DNA of 64,000 nucleotides. Origin: a virus. The translations under genes were made by a program, and so were the position numbers. The stretch is from the IMG/VR virus record IMGVR_UViG_2509601026_000001, one strand, 5' to 3'. Positions 18,240 through 27,724 of the stretch are shown piece by piece (the stretch's first letter is position 1; the number at the start of each line of letters is the position of its first letter). A model generated the notes under the pieces. The model saw nothing but the letters and a program-made list of their open reading frames with translations. It was not told where the DNA came from and did not search any database.

Positions 18240-19034
18240 CTAAAAGGGAATGTCGTTCAGGTTAGGCTGAGAGTTGGGGTCAGGGCTAATAGCAGCAGTA
18301 GGACTGGCACCACCAGAGGCCGGTGGGGCCGGTGGGGCCGGTGGGGCAACAGGAGCCGGGACATACTTGGCACCGGAATCTGAAGATTGATCGTCACGCT
18401 TCGATCCCAGAAGTTCCAAGTTCTGCACGGTAATGGTCGGCTCAATGCGAAGCTGTTGGTTTTTGGTCGTGTAGGCGTTGAACTTGAGAGTCCCAGTAAC
18501 ACCAAACTTGGTGCCCTTGGGCAGGTAGCGATCGGCTACGTCGGCCAACTTGTCCCAAAAATCAGCCTTGAACCAACTGGTATGATTGCGATCTCGATTC
18601 CCAGCAACCGCCATGCTGCGGTTACAGACAGGCTTTCCGTTTGGTGCAGTCCGTACGTGGTCACGATCGCTCACGCTGCCGACGTTGCCTACGGCAGTCG
18701 AGTAAGCAATAGGAGACAGGGTGATGGCGTTGGCCATCGGGTGATTCTCCCAGTTGGGCAGCTGTGGAATGTGCTGAATCACACTGGCCTGCATCTCCAA
18801 ACGGTCGTGTCCTTCTGCGGAACGAACAACCTGGAGTTCCCCAATAACAAAGATCAGGCCCAGCTGGGTCTGGGCCAGGTTAAGCGGGGGCATACCCGTG
18901 TAGCTGGTGACCAGAACATCAAGGCTCTGATCCTCATCGTAGGTAAAAATTCGGCAGGCGATCTCCACCATGTTTCGAGTCGGGTCGGGAGCATTATAGG
19001 AGAGGATTTGCAGGGTTAAAGCAGTATTGTTCAT
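18240..19034 (-). CDS. ssb: single-stranded DNA-binding protein, two OB folds
   Basis: TSWFKADFWDKLADVADRYLPKGTKFGVTGTL; Pro-rich linker; C-terminal LNDIPF. Confidence 0.9.
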   Translation of the reverse strand: MNNTALTLQILSYNAPDPTRNMVEIACRIFTYDEDQSLDVLVTSYTGMPPLNLAQTQLGLIFVIGELQVVRSAEGHDRLEMQASVIQHIPQLPNWENHPMANAITLSPIAYSTAVGNVGSVSDRDHVRTAPNGKPVCNRSMAVAGNRDRNHTSWFKADFWDKLADVADRYLPKGTKFGVTGTLKFNAYTTKNQQLRIEPTITVQNLELLGSKRDDQSSDSGAKYVPAPVAPPAPPAPPASGGASPTAAISPDPNSQPNLNDIPF

Positions 19035-19110
19035 AGGTTTGCTCGGGTAGGGTTCAGTTGTAATTTTACAGGATTCTAGCTCTAGGGTCTTAGACTATAG
19101 AACTAGAGAC

Positions 19111-19152
19111 TGATCGCAAAAAAAACCCCAAGCCCCGGAGGGGCAAGGGGTT
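19111..19152. repeat. C-GGA-G hairpin element with partial HIP1
   Basis: tgatcgc-aaaaaaaa-ccccaagcccc-gga-ggggcaagggg. Confidence 0.85.
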
Positions 19153-19180
19153 CGAGGTTTTAGGCAACGATGCGTGGATT

Positions 19181-19987
19181 CTAGGATCTAGACCCACTCC
19201 GAGATTCTAGTATGGATTCTTTGAAATAAGTGACCGCAACCTCAACGGGCCGGTCAGGCAGTCTGCCATCTTCTTGCAACATGAAGGTGGAACCGTAGGT
19301 TGCATCAGGTTCACCAAAGGAGAATCGACCATTGGGCACTGGCCGGGACTCAGGCAGCTCGATGTTTGCACGGTAAACTACCTGGGTCCACCAGGCTCTA
19401 GGCCTGTGCCAGGTGTCCCGTGTAATGCTCACGTTGGCATCATACGGTCCCTCTGGCATCTGAATCTGCACATCTTCATTAATCAGCTCAACAGAACCGT
19501 AGGTTGGATAGCCAAGGATGAAGTCAGGGAGGCAAAAGTGTCCCTTCATCCACCACGGATCAGTGGAACTCCACTCGTGCTCTTTGGCCCAAACGGACCA
19601 ATAAAACGACCAATCGTGAAATGAAAGGCTAAACTCCCTGCCCCGTGGCATCCAGAATGGCTGAGACGGGTCACGAGCAAATTCGCTGGTCGTTAGGTAG
19701 TGGGTCCAGCTTTGGGGAATTGGCAGCCGATTGAATGCGATCGCAAGGTAGAAGAATCCAAGACCTAGGTGAAAAGATAGGTCATCTTCTCCGCAGCCAA
19801 TGCCAAAACGGGCCACACAAAGGCCAGGATATAGGGACAATTCAAGTTTGAACTTTGAATTGCCATAATTTTTGTGATCAAGGTAAATCCGACGGTTCCA
19901 ATAACTAGCGCTCTTGTCGGTAAAAGACATCCAACGCCAGGTTGGTTCAGCTTCGAGCTGACGTTTTTTGTAATCGTCAAGGGTCAT
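19181..19987 (-). CDS. hypothetical phage protein, Trp-rich
   Basis: 268 aa ORF. Confidence 0.7.
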   Translation of the reverse strand: MTLDDYKKRQLEAEPTWRWMSFTDKSASYWNRRIYLDHKNYGNSKFKLELSLYPGLCVARFGIGCGEDDLSFHLGLGFFYLAIAFNRLPIPQSWTHYLTTSEFARDPSQPFWMPRGREFSLSFHDWSFYWSVWAKEHEWSSTDPWWMKGHFCLPDFILGYPTYGSVELINEDVQIQMPEGPYDANVSITRDTWHRPRAWWTQVVYRANIELPESRPVPNGRFSFGEPDATYGSTFMLQEDGRLPDRPVEVAVTYFKESILESRSGSRS

Positions 19988-20213
19988 TTGTCAAAGACCA
20001 AGTGTAGTTGCAGGACGGGCAATAGCCCAGGGATAGACCGGGCACCCTGGGCCTTGGGGCAGAGCCGTAATAACTGTCGGCATTGAGTCGGACAAACTTG
20101 GTCTGCGGGTGACGCTTTCCAATAATGTCCTCTTCGAGACTGCGTTGGTTCACCATGAGTTGGTAAACCGCAACGCTGTTGCAATTTTCTTGTGGGCAGG
20201 TAATTGGGTCCAT
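19977..20213 (-). CDS. small zinc-ribbon protein
   Basis: CPQENC...CPSC; start reassigned to MDPIT. Confidence 0.55.
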   Translation of the reverse strand: MDPITCPQENCNSVAVYQLMVNQRSLEEDIIGKRHPQTKFVRLNADSYYGSAPRPRVPGLSLGYCPSCNYTWSLTNDP

Positions 20214-20230
20214 GCCCACAATGATAATTG

Positions 20231-21157
20231 CTAAGGCCAGCCTCCGTCCTGCCAAGGGGCATCATGGAAAAAGGCACTTCGAAAGTCAGGATCATTAAAC
20301 AAGTCGTCGTCCGGGTCAGGGGGCAGATTGTATTGAGTGCCAAAACAATTTGCCCAGTCTTCCCAGGATGGGTCATCAAGGGGTTTTAGGTAATCATAGG
20401 GATTGGTCCTGATAATCTGCTGGGTTCTAGATAAATGGAAGGACAAATGTGAAATGTTTGAAACAGTTCGGCCTTGGACAGGAGAGTTTGTTAGGGCCTC
20501 TTCTGGATAGAGATAGTCCAGCAGAAAGTAGGCTAACTGCTGATTGACCTTCTCAGCGGCTAGTGGATGACGGCGAAGTGTGGTGATCGTGCTCAGCAAC
20601 TCGCCGTCGATAAGGGCTTGTGCGTCAGCACCGCCCACGAGATGTGACTTATTGAATGTCACATTGAGATTGACGGATTTACCAGGCTGATGAATAGCAC
20701 CAAAGGATTGAGCTATCAGGGCCAGGTCATCATAAAGAGCCTTGTGCTGAAAGCTGCCGGTCAGAGACTTGATGCCGGTCAAATAACCAGCTGTGGTGAT
20801 TTTCCCACGACGGGCGGTTGCTTCGGCCATTGCAAATGCGATCGCCAGCAGGTAGGGATCGTCTTTGCATAGCTTCAGAATGCGGGCCAAAATTCCTTCT
20901 CTTTGAAGGAAACGGCCAGCAATAGAATCACGAGTACAGGCCTCGGGGTAAAACGTGTAATAGAAGGAGTAAATCACTGATTTACCCAAGGTCTTAAAAT
21001 CAAAATCATTTGACCTGGCATTAATACCAAGTCGGCGTTGATAGAAAGCCATTCGATTGACCTGAGAGACAAAGCTTTCAACTTTGCTCTGGTCAATAAC
21101 TCTGGTTAATGCCTGCCATAGGTCAGTGTTATTTTTTTGGTGATAGGTTAAAGACAT
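20231..21157 (-). CDS. hypothetical protein
   Basis: 308 aa ORF in operon. Confidence 0.7.
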   Translation of the reverse strand: MSLTYHQKNNTDLWQALTRVIDQSKVESFVSQVNRMAFYQRRLGINARSNDFDFKTLGKSVIYSFYYTFYPEACTRDSIAGRFLQREGILARILKLCKDDPYLLAIAFAMAEATARRGKITTAGYLTGIKSLTGSFQHKALYDDLALIAQSFGAIHQPGKSVNLNVTFNKSHLVGGADAQALIDGELLSTITTLRRHPLAAEKVNQQLAYFLLDYLYPEEALTNSPVQGRTVSNISHLSFHLSRTQQIIRTNPYDYLKPLDDPSWEDWANCFGTQYNLPPDPDDDLFNDPDFRSAFFHDAPWQDGGWP

Positions 21158-21163
21158 GATGGG

Positions 21164-21619
21164 TTAGGAGATAGGAAATACTTCTAGAGATTGGGCTTGT
21201 TTGCAAATGTTTTGTAGTTGACCTCTGTTGAGATACAGGGCATCCCAGCGGCCAGGTGTGCCAGCGCAGGCACAAGCATCGGATGTCTTTTCATAGACAC
21301 CACCCTCTATAAGAGTGTGAAGATACCAGCCTTCTGAGCCAGTTGATCCGCCTTTAGTAATGCGGATAACCCAATCGGTTTCAGACCAAAATATCTCCCA
21401 TTCACAAACAACTGTTTGTTTGGGGAAACGGTCAACAGAAAAGTTGTAGTGAAGATCTGAACTCTTGATTTTGAAGCCTTTGATTGTTCCGGTCAGGACA
21501 GGTGGGAGTTTGGCTGGGCAATAGCCTTGTTCATCCCAACGCTTTTCGTTTTCTTCCCTTGTTTTCTGGATAAGACGTTGCCAGAAAGTATTCCAATCGT
21601 CAGAAGTTAGGAGAGGCAT
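21164..21619 (-). CDS. hypothetical protein
   Basis: ORF in operon. Confidence 0.65.
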   Translation of the reverse strand: MPLLTSDDWNTFWQRLIQKTREENEKRWDEQGYCPAKLPPVLTGTIKGFKIKSSDLHYNFSVDRFPKQTVVCEWEIFWSETDWVIRITKGGSTGSEGWYLHTLIEGGVYEKTSDACACAGTPGRWDALYLNRGQLQNICKQAQSLEVFPIS

Positions 21620-21625
21620 AGTGTG

Positions 21626-21853
21626 TTAGGTAGAGTAGTCTTGAGAATAGGTTTTGAGAATTACAAGTTGAAGGCCATGCCAAGAATATTTGTCCTTAGT
21701 AGCAAAGAACTTTTCTATCTCGGCCTGGGCTTCTTCTTCAGAGTCAAACCCAGATGGAAAGGGCCTAACTCTGGTGTAATAGGGATTGTCTTCAGGGACT
21801 TCGATAAGTCGCCCTTCATCGGTCAGATGCCTGACCAAAAATTGAATCTTCAT
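21626..21853 (-). CDS. hypothetical protein
   Basis: ORF in operon. Confidence 0.65.
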   Translation of the reverse strand: MKIQFLVRHLTDEGRLIEVPEDNPYYTRVRPFPSGFDSEEEAQAEIEKFFATKDKYSWHGLQLVILKTYSQDYST

Positions 21854-21858
21854 GATTG

Positions 21859-22584
21859 CTATCGGTAACGTCGTTCTCGTGCAGCATCAGCAGCAAGATC
21901 AGATAGATAATAGAAAGCGTCGGTTAATTCGCCGCTTTCATCCATCCATCCTCTTTGCTTGAAGTCTTTAGCTTGCTGAGCCTCAGCAGCTTTTTGATAC
22001 TCTTCAGACTGAAGGTATTCTTGATAGGCTTTTTCGGCTTCAACCTCGATGGCATAGGCCAATGCCTCTTGCTCGGCCTGGGCCTTGAAGTAGGCTTTCC
22101 AGTCGAAAAACTGGTAGCTTGGGCATCGCCAAGCATCATAAAATTCGCCTTCGTTGTTCATGTCTGACTGAGGATGTTCAGCCTGCATGTTTGGCCAGGC
22201 TGCTTTGCAGAAAATGTCTGCATCTGGGCCAGTTTCGTAATCGTAGGTAGTCTCAACAACATAGTTTTTGCAGTTTTCGCAGGACCGTTGGCCAACGGAA
22301 CGAAATGCAAAAGCAACTTTGCCAAGCCTGACAAAGGTTGTCCAGCTCTGTGCTGATAGACCAATTCTATAATCTGAGAATATTGCAATAGCAAAAAGAC
22401 CAAAAATAATCTTGAACTCAAGTAGTTGAATGCCAAGATATTTCATGTCTTGCCAGACCACGGGACCGTGATCAATGGGCTTTGTATAGATGCCGTATTT
22501 TGTCACCCAGTCCATGTGTTCAGGCCTGGGCCATGGAGTGTAAAGGTTGTCAATTCGGGGAAGTTTTTGGAATAGTTTAATCAT
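21859..22584 (-). CDS. hypothetical protein
   Basis: 241 aa; CENC...C...C cluster. Confidence 0.65.
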   Translation of the reverse strand: MIKLFQKLPRIDNLYTPWPRPEHMDWVTKYGIYTKPIDHGPVVWQDMKYLGIQLLEFKIIFGLFAIAIFSDYRIGLSAQSWTTFVRLGKVAFAFRSVGQRSCENCKNYVVETTYDYETGPDADIFCKAAWPNMQAEHPQSDMNNEGEFYDAWRCPSYQFFDWKAYFKAQAEQEALAYAIEVEAEKAYQEYLQSEEYQKAAEAQQAKDFKQRGWMDESGELTDAFYYLSDLAADAARERRYR

Positions 22585-22934
22585 TGATAAACCAGAAAAA
22601 CAGTGGATTTGTCGGTAGTTGGCTGGGTAATCATTAGAACCTGATCTTGGCCAGCACTATTGGTCAAAGTGCAGTTGGCAAGTAGGTAAAACTCGCCTGG
22701 GTCAGGAATTGGAACATAGTCTTGTTCGGACACAAAACCCACCCCATTAATAATGGGGTAGCCTTTGGTGCCGTCTCGTACCGTATGAGGCGTGTAGTCG
22801 GCCTTGTAGCAAGTCACATGGCCGCCGTCATAGGTCCGGTCAAGGACCAGTTCGGGGGCAGGCGCAGGCGCAGGGGCCGACGCACAAGCCCCCAGAGAAA
22901 GGGCCAAGAATGCAGTGGGGACAGAACGTTTCAT
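22581..22934 (-). CDS. putative lipoprotein
   Basis: signal peptide with lipobox LSLGA-C. Confidence 0.6.
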   Translation of the reverse strand: MKRSVPTAFLALSLGACASAPAPAPAPELVLDRTYDGGHVTCYKADYTPHTVRDGTKGYPIINGVGFVSEQDYVPIPDPGEFYLLANCTLTNSAGQDQVLMITQPTTDKSTVFLVYQ

Positions 22935-22980
22935 GGTCTGAAAATGTATAGTTGTAACTATTCTACCCCCAGGGACAGGT

Positions 22981-23256
22981 TTATAACTCCGTCGGAATTT
23001 TGGCCTGGTCCCATTGCTCAGCTGCCTGAATCATCTGGAATTGGCAGGCAGTCTTAGCGAGTTGGAGCACATCGGCCTTGAGCTGGGCCGGGGCAGCCTC
23101 AGCCAAAAGCATGAGGGTTGCGCCCATGCCCCAGCGATCGACCATGCGCCGGAGAGCCGCAGCATCAAAAGCTTTCTCTTCAAGCTCTTGATCGACTTTG
23201 CGATCGTAGGCTTCATCGACGGATTCCCAGTAGTGGTCAGAATTAAGGAGAGCCAT
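22981..23256 (-). CDS. hypothetical protein
   Basis: follows variant hairpin at 23289-23313. Confidence 0.6.
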   Translation of the reverse strand: MALLNSDHYWESVDEAYDRKVDQELEEKAFDAAALRRMVDRWGMGATLMLLAEAAPAQLKADVLQLAKTACQFQMIQAAEQWDQAKIPTEL

Positions 23257-23338
23257 AGGTCAAGTAGGTTGGTGAAGGACAATAAGAAAAAGCCCCCGGC
23301 AGATGCCAGGGGCGAGAGGGAGAGGAGAGGAGGAGGGC

Positions 23339-24070
23339 TTAGGCCGCTACAGCCTCGGCGGGAACATCAATGGCCTCATAGGACTCAGGAGCCTCGGAGG
23401 TAGCAGGGGCATAGGTGGCCAGCAAGTCAGCGATCGCTGCCTCCATGTCGGCCTTTCTACCCTTGGCAGCCTTGGCCAGGGCCTCGGCCTGCTCGGTAGT
23501 GAGGCCAACGGTCGCCGGGGTGTACTCATTCATCTGGGCCTGAAGGTCGCCAGCTAGTTTGGTCAGCTGGTCGATCTCGGCCTGCTTTTCAGCAATGATG
23601 GCACTGTAGCTGTCTGCGCCAAGGATGAGCTTGTCGGCTTGAATCCAGATACGGTCAACCACTTCAGACCAGACCTGATAGGTGGTCTTGTTGTCCTCGC
23701 GGACGGAGACAATCCCAGCCTCACGATGATTGGTGCGAGCATCGTCCCGGAACGAACGGGCCAGTTCGAGATCGTCAAACTCGCCAAGGCAGCCGAGCTG
23801 CACAGAAGCACGAGTAGGCCCCTGGTAACGGCCAATGCTGCCGACCAAGGTAACGTGTTTGCCGTCGGTGAGATAAGGCACCAGGTTTCGGCTGGTCCAG
23901 TGGTGGCATTCCATCAGGAAGGGCTTAGGCTCTTTAGAGCGCTCGAAGGGGTCAAAGACCAGTACGGTAAAGCTGATTTTGACACGGCCATTCTCAGCGG
24001 TTTGAAGCAAAAGAGCATCGCCAACGAGTTGAGCACCGGACACGTTAGAAGTGATAGTTCCAATAGCCAT
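23339..24070 (-). CDS. SSB-like OB-fold protein with C-terminal coiled coil
   Basis: VKISFTV...MECHHW.SRNLVPYLTDGKHVTLVGSI resembles the SSB OB fold. Confidence 0.55.
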   Translation of the reverse strand: MAIGTITSNVSGAQLVGDALLLQTAENGRVKISFTVLVFDPFERSKEPKPFLMECHHWTSRNLVPYLTDGKHVTLVGSIGRYQGPTRASVQLGCLGEFDDLELARSFRDDARTNHREAGIVSVREDNKTTYQVWSEVVDRIWIQADKLILGADSYSAIIAEKQAEIDQLTKLAGDLQAQMNEYTPATVGLTTEQAEALAKAAKGRKADMEAAIADLLATYAPATSEAPESYEAIDVPAEAVAA

Positions 24071-24178
24071 AGTGATTAGCCTCTAGGTAAATGAGTAAGT
24101 TGACAGTTGGTTAAAAACCCCCTGGTCCCCGGAGGGGCCAGAGGGATACAATTGAGGTTGGCAGGAGTAAAATCTGGC

Positions 24179-24439
24179 CTAGGTAGATGCACCTTCAGCC
24201 GGGGTTTCAACAATCTCAAGATCAAAGTCGTGAGAGTAGTTGAAGCCTCGGTTTTCTAAGTTTTGAGCAAAGACGGCGCAGAAAAAGGCATCTTCAAAAT
24301 ATGAAGATGTCCAGCTACCAGAGCCAGCTGCCGTTTCGTGGTAAACCACGTAGGGTAGATCTGCGGTGGGTTCGGTATAGGCCTGGTAATCTTCTTCGGC
24401 AGTTAATAGATAGTCGGCAATTTGGCAAGAAGCAGGCAT
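24179..24439 (-). CDS. hypothetical protein
   Basis: single ORF between two hairpin elements. Confidence 0.6.
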   Translation of the reverse strand: MPASCQIADYLLTAEEDYQAYTEPTADLPYVVYHETAAGSGSWTSSYFEDAFFCAVFAQNLENRGFNYSHDFDLEIVETPAEGAST

Positions 24440-24557
24440 GGGTCATACTCCTTCAGAGAAAGTGGACTCAGCAGTTTTTTTGCTGGACTTACTTAGGTCC
24501 AGGTACTAAAAAACCCCCTGGTCCCCGGAGGGGCCAGAGGGTCTGTCGATGCGATCG

Positions 24558-25010
24558 CTAAGCAACCTGCTGGGCAGATTGCTCGTAGTGTTGTTCAAGG
24601 GTGGTGGCCCACCATTCTTCAACGGCTTGCACTACCTCTTGGTCGTACCCCTCGGGGAGGGTGTAGCCGAGGTGGCGCAGCAGGGACGGGATGTACTCAG
24701 GCATGATGCGACGGTTGCGCTCAGCCGGGTCATAGCCCAGCCGCAGGTCACGGACAGAGAACCGGACGATGCCATTCTTGTCGGCGCTAGCCTGGGCGGT
24801 GATGATCACTTGTCGGCCTACGGTCAGGTAGGGAACTAGACCTACCGGATAGTTCCAATAGCTGAAATTGAAATACTCGGTTTTGGCCTCGCCTGCCTGG
24901 TTGATGCGATCGCAAGCGACTCGCAGGACCAGCAGCGGAATGATAGAACCACGGACGACACGAGAGGTTTGAGTAGGTTCAACTACAACGTTTCCAACGA
25001 AAGTATCCAT
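24558..25010 (-). CDS. SSB-like OB-fold protein
   Basis: TFVGNVVVEP...LRVACDR...KTEYFNFSYWN...LVPYLTVGRQVII. Confidence 0.65.
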   Translation of the reverse strand: MDTFVGNVVVEPTQTSRVVRGSIIPLLVLRVACDRINQAGEAKTEYFNFSYWNYPVGLVPYLTVGRQVIITAQASADKNGIVRFSVRDLRLGYDPAERNRRIMPEYIPSLLRHLGYTLPEGYDQEVVQAVEEWWATTLEQHYEQSAQQVA

Positions 25011-25094
25011 AGGAATGCCTCAGAAGGTTCGATCGCCAAAAAACCCCCCTGTCCCCGGAGGGGCAGAGGGGCAAGGTTTGCGGTGGAGAGATGG

Positions 25095-25676
25095 TTACTT
25101 AGGTTGCCAAATTCCTATCATCCAGCGATCGTTAGCAACAGCTATTGATCGGTGAAGATGTTTGCAATCAAACTGAATAAGTTCGCCACCAGTCAGTATG
25201 AGTTGATCATAAAGAGCTGGCGGTGAATCTGAGTTTCGTTTGACAGCAATCTGGAATGTAGCAGAGCCTAAGTTGAGGATATGAGCTGTTTTGTGGGCGT
25301 AACTAGCGTCACGATGCCAGTTAATTCCTGTGCCTTTAGCGACAAGAGCGCATGAAGCACTAGGAACTAGCTGCTTAATGAAAGGCCAGAGTCGTTCATC
25401 ATGGATAGCTGGCCGGTATTGGACAGGTGAACCGTTGCGTCCACTTCTTAGGTCAGGTTCTTGATGAAGCCAATAGCGCAGTCTGCCTGGGGCGTAGTTG
25501 GAAATGTCTTCTTTAAGATGATCAGATTGGGTTTCAAGATGATGAATGATTTCAAGAATCTTTGGAGTTGGGAATGTGTAAAGTATTTCAGCGATCATGG
25601 AATATTCCATATCAATAAAGATTGCAAGCAATTCCGTAGAGAGGGTCTGTCTTCCATTTTTGAAGGAGACGATCAA
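25095..25676 (-). CDS. 2OG-Fe(II) dioxygenase, AlkB-like
   Basis: WHRD (HxD), LNLGSATF, distal HLHRS and DRW. Confidence 0.75.
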   Translation of the reverse strand: MIVSFKNGRQTLSTELLAIFIDMEYSMIAEILYTFPTPKILEIIHHLETQSDHLKEDISNYAPGRLRYWLHQEPDLRSGRNGSPVQYRPAIHDERLWPFIKQLVPSASCALVAKGTGINWHRDASYAHKTAHILNLGSATFQIAVKRNSDSPPALYDQLILTGGELIQFDCKHLHRSIAVANDRWMIGIWQPK

Positions 25677-25857
25677 AGTTTTCGGAGCTGACTATACGAC
25701 AGTCAACACCACCGGATTTGAAATGCCAAAAGAGAGAATAACGGGGTGGCACATCAAACCCGATGCAGGCAAATACATTTGAGTCGTCAATACTTCGCAT
25801 GGATAACAACCCTCTCGACCGGAGGGAGAAAAGAGGGTAAAACTGTGCGATCGAAAG

Positions 25858-26067
25858 TTAGTCTTCTTCTTCTTCAATAGGATTGTAGTCTTCGCAGTCA
25901 GAAGTTTGAGCATCACAAAGAACTCGGTAAAGAACTAAGTCCATAGGCCTTGTTTTGGGAGCACCAAAGATGCCCCAGTCTTTTGCGCATTGAGCAACTT
26001 CGTCAAAGGTGATGCCACCACCTGTTGAATCAGATTCCCAGCGGCTCTTAAACTCTTCTTTGGTCAT
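25858..26067 (-). CDS. hypothetical protein
   Basis: GITFDEVAQCAKDWG. Confidence 0.6.
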   Translation of the reverse strand: MTKEEFKSRWESDSTGGGITFDEVAQCAKDWGIFGAPKTRPMDLVLYRVLCDAQTSDCEDYNPIEEEED

Positions 26068-26069
26068 AG

Positions 26070-26297
26070 TTAGCCTACAAGTTTTGGTTGTTCGATGTAT
26101 TCTTTCTCGCCAGCGGGAAAGTATTGAGAGCTAAATTGTGCCTGAGAATAGACCATTGAATAATCATTAGGCCAATTTTGCTCAGCCCATTTCTGGGCAA
26201 AGTCTACATCATCGGTATTCAATCGAATCCAATGATTTCGCCATTCGCTACGCTGGCGAAAAGTAATGTAAGTTCCGGGTAAAACGGGGCTAGACAT
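26070..26297 (-). CDS. hypothetical protein
   Basis: YITFRQ...YSMVY. Confidence 0.6.
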   Translation of the reverse strand: MSSPVLPGTYITFRQRSEWRNHWIRLNTDDVDFAQKWAEQNWPNDYSMVYSQAQFSSQYFPAGEKEYIEQPKLVG

Positions 26298-26368
26298 CAG
26301 TGAATCTTTCCTTTTGGGGTAAGTTGGATGGGTTGAATTTCGCCGCTATAACCAATTATCCCATAGAG

Positions 26369-26755
26369 TTAATGTGTAGCCAAGTCGGCAAACTTGACGG
26401 AGTGAAAAGGGTATTTCTCGCCTGGGCGATCGTCAAAGTTCCAGCATTCACAGTAGGTATCAGCGTGGGCCGATAGGTAGCCCTCAATGAATGGCTGCTT
26501 GAAAACGTGCTCACTTATAGAAATGGCTGGGCCAGTCAAAAAATGTTGATAGCCTAACCGCCAACCAATACACTCAGAGGTTCCTTGAGTGTAAGGATTT
26601 CTGGTCTGTTCGCAGTCAAGGTAGATGTGAGTGCAAGCATGATGCCATGCCTCGCCCCAGGTGGCTTCTGCACCATAGGCACACAGAAGCTCGCCACGTT
26701 CTGAATGCCACTTGTAAGAGCCATCAGAGAGTTTTTCGATAGAGATTTCTAGCAT
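26369..26755 (-). CDS. hypothetical protein
   Basis: ORF after hairpin at 26800. Confidence 0.6.
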   Translation of the reverse strand: MLEISIEKLSDGSYKWHSERGELLCAYGAEATWGEAWHHACTHIYLDCEQTRNPYTQGTSECIGWRLGYQHFLTGPAISISEHVFKQPFIEGYLSAHADTYCECWNFDDRPGEKYPFHSVKFADLATH

Positions 26756-26818
26756 GAGTAATAAAGGTAAACATGGTTATCAGAAAATCTCCTGCCCCCG
26801 GAGGGGCAGGGAGGAGTA

Positions 26819-27235
26819 TTAACGAGCAGCAGCTAGTTCACGCTCAAGCTGGTCCCAGTTGACAGGGCCTAGCTCGAAATCAGATTCATCGGCAAAAGCT
26901 GGGGGTAGCTCGGCGGGGATATACTGCTTGCGCTTTGTGTAGTTATCCCAGGCTATGTAGGCACCGAGGCCAAAGGCTCCGACCAAGCAGACACCCAGGG
27001 TGATCGGATTGGTGACAACTTCCATGATGGTTGCTCCAGTCTCAGCTAAGAGCGAACCAGCCTCAGCCGTAAGCGAAGTGCCTTCAGCAATATCGGCAGT
27101 CGTAGAAACAGCATCGACGGTAGTAGAAACAGCGTCGGCAGCAGTAGCAGTAGCCTCCATTGCATCGGCGGCGATCGCAGTAGCTTCAGCGGCCTCAGCA
27201 GCAGTCATTACGTCAGCATAGTGAGATGCAATCAT
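26819..27235 (-). CDS. Ala/Thr-rich membrane protein
   Basis: start reassigned to attgccATG at 27235; one TM helix (ITLGVCLVGAFGLGAYIAW). Confidence 0.6.
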   Translation of the reverse strand: MIASHYADVMTAAEAAEATAIAADAMEATATAADAVSTTVDAVSTTADIAEGTSLTAEAGSLLAETGATIMEVVTNPITLGVCLVGAFGLGAYIAWDNYTKRKQYIPAELPPAFADESDFELGPVNWDQLERELAAAR

Positions 27236-27331
27236 GGCAATAAATAGGTAGAAGAACAGGCACAAAAAACCCCCTCCCTACGGAGTAGGGAAGGGGCGTT
27301 TAGCATTGAATTGGTGATATGGCCCATCTTA

Positions 27332-27631
27332 TCAGATAGGCATTTCACCTAGCCATTGATACACCTGGGCATCACAAAAGCCGCAGGGTATCCAGATGGG
27401 AGGATCAAGAGGTTTGATAAGACCGTCTTCGAGCAAAGCCCGGTCGAGGGCCTGGTTTTCGGACCAGTTCTTGATTAGAACGCAGCCACTTGGAAGTAGC
27501 TGCTTGGTATTGACCGTGGCGACGGCATAAGGCTCAAAGCCTAACAGAAGATGGATGCAAATATTTCGAGGATTTGCATACCACAGTGGTTTGATAGCCA
27601 ATTGTTTGCCGTGCCAAAGGATAGTTGTCAT
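27332..27631 (-). CDS. hypothetical protein, DUF4313-like
   Basis: EPYAVATVN...IKNWSEN...GFC. Confidence 0.5.
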   Translation of the reverse strand: MTTILWHGKQLAIKPLWYANPRNICIHLLLGFEPYAVATVNTKQLLPSGCVLIKNWSENQALDRALLEDGLIKPLDPPIWIPCGFCDAQVYQWLGEMPI

Positions 27632-27724
27632 AAGCGTTCACAGATAATAGGTCAGTCTTAAACCGGGAAAAAGAGTATCCAATCCCCGGCTTTTCGCTAG
27701 GGATTGGGTGAGTAGTGGTCTATG

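Noticed and set aside
18387-19019. Long antisense ORFs (e.g. 18387-19019, 33138-33692, 43371-43895, 46671-47159)
   Set aside because: They lie opposite well-supported genes; shadow frames expected at this GC content.
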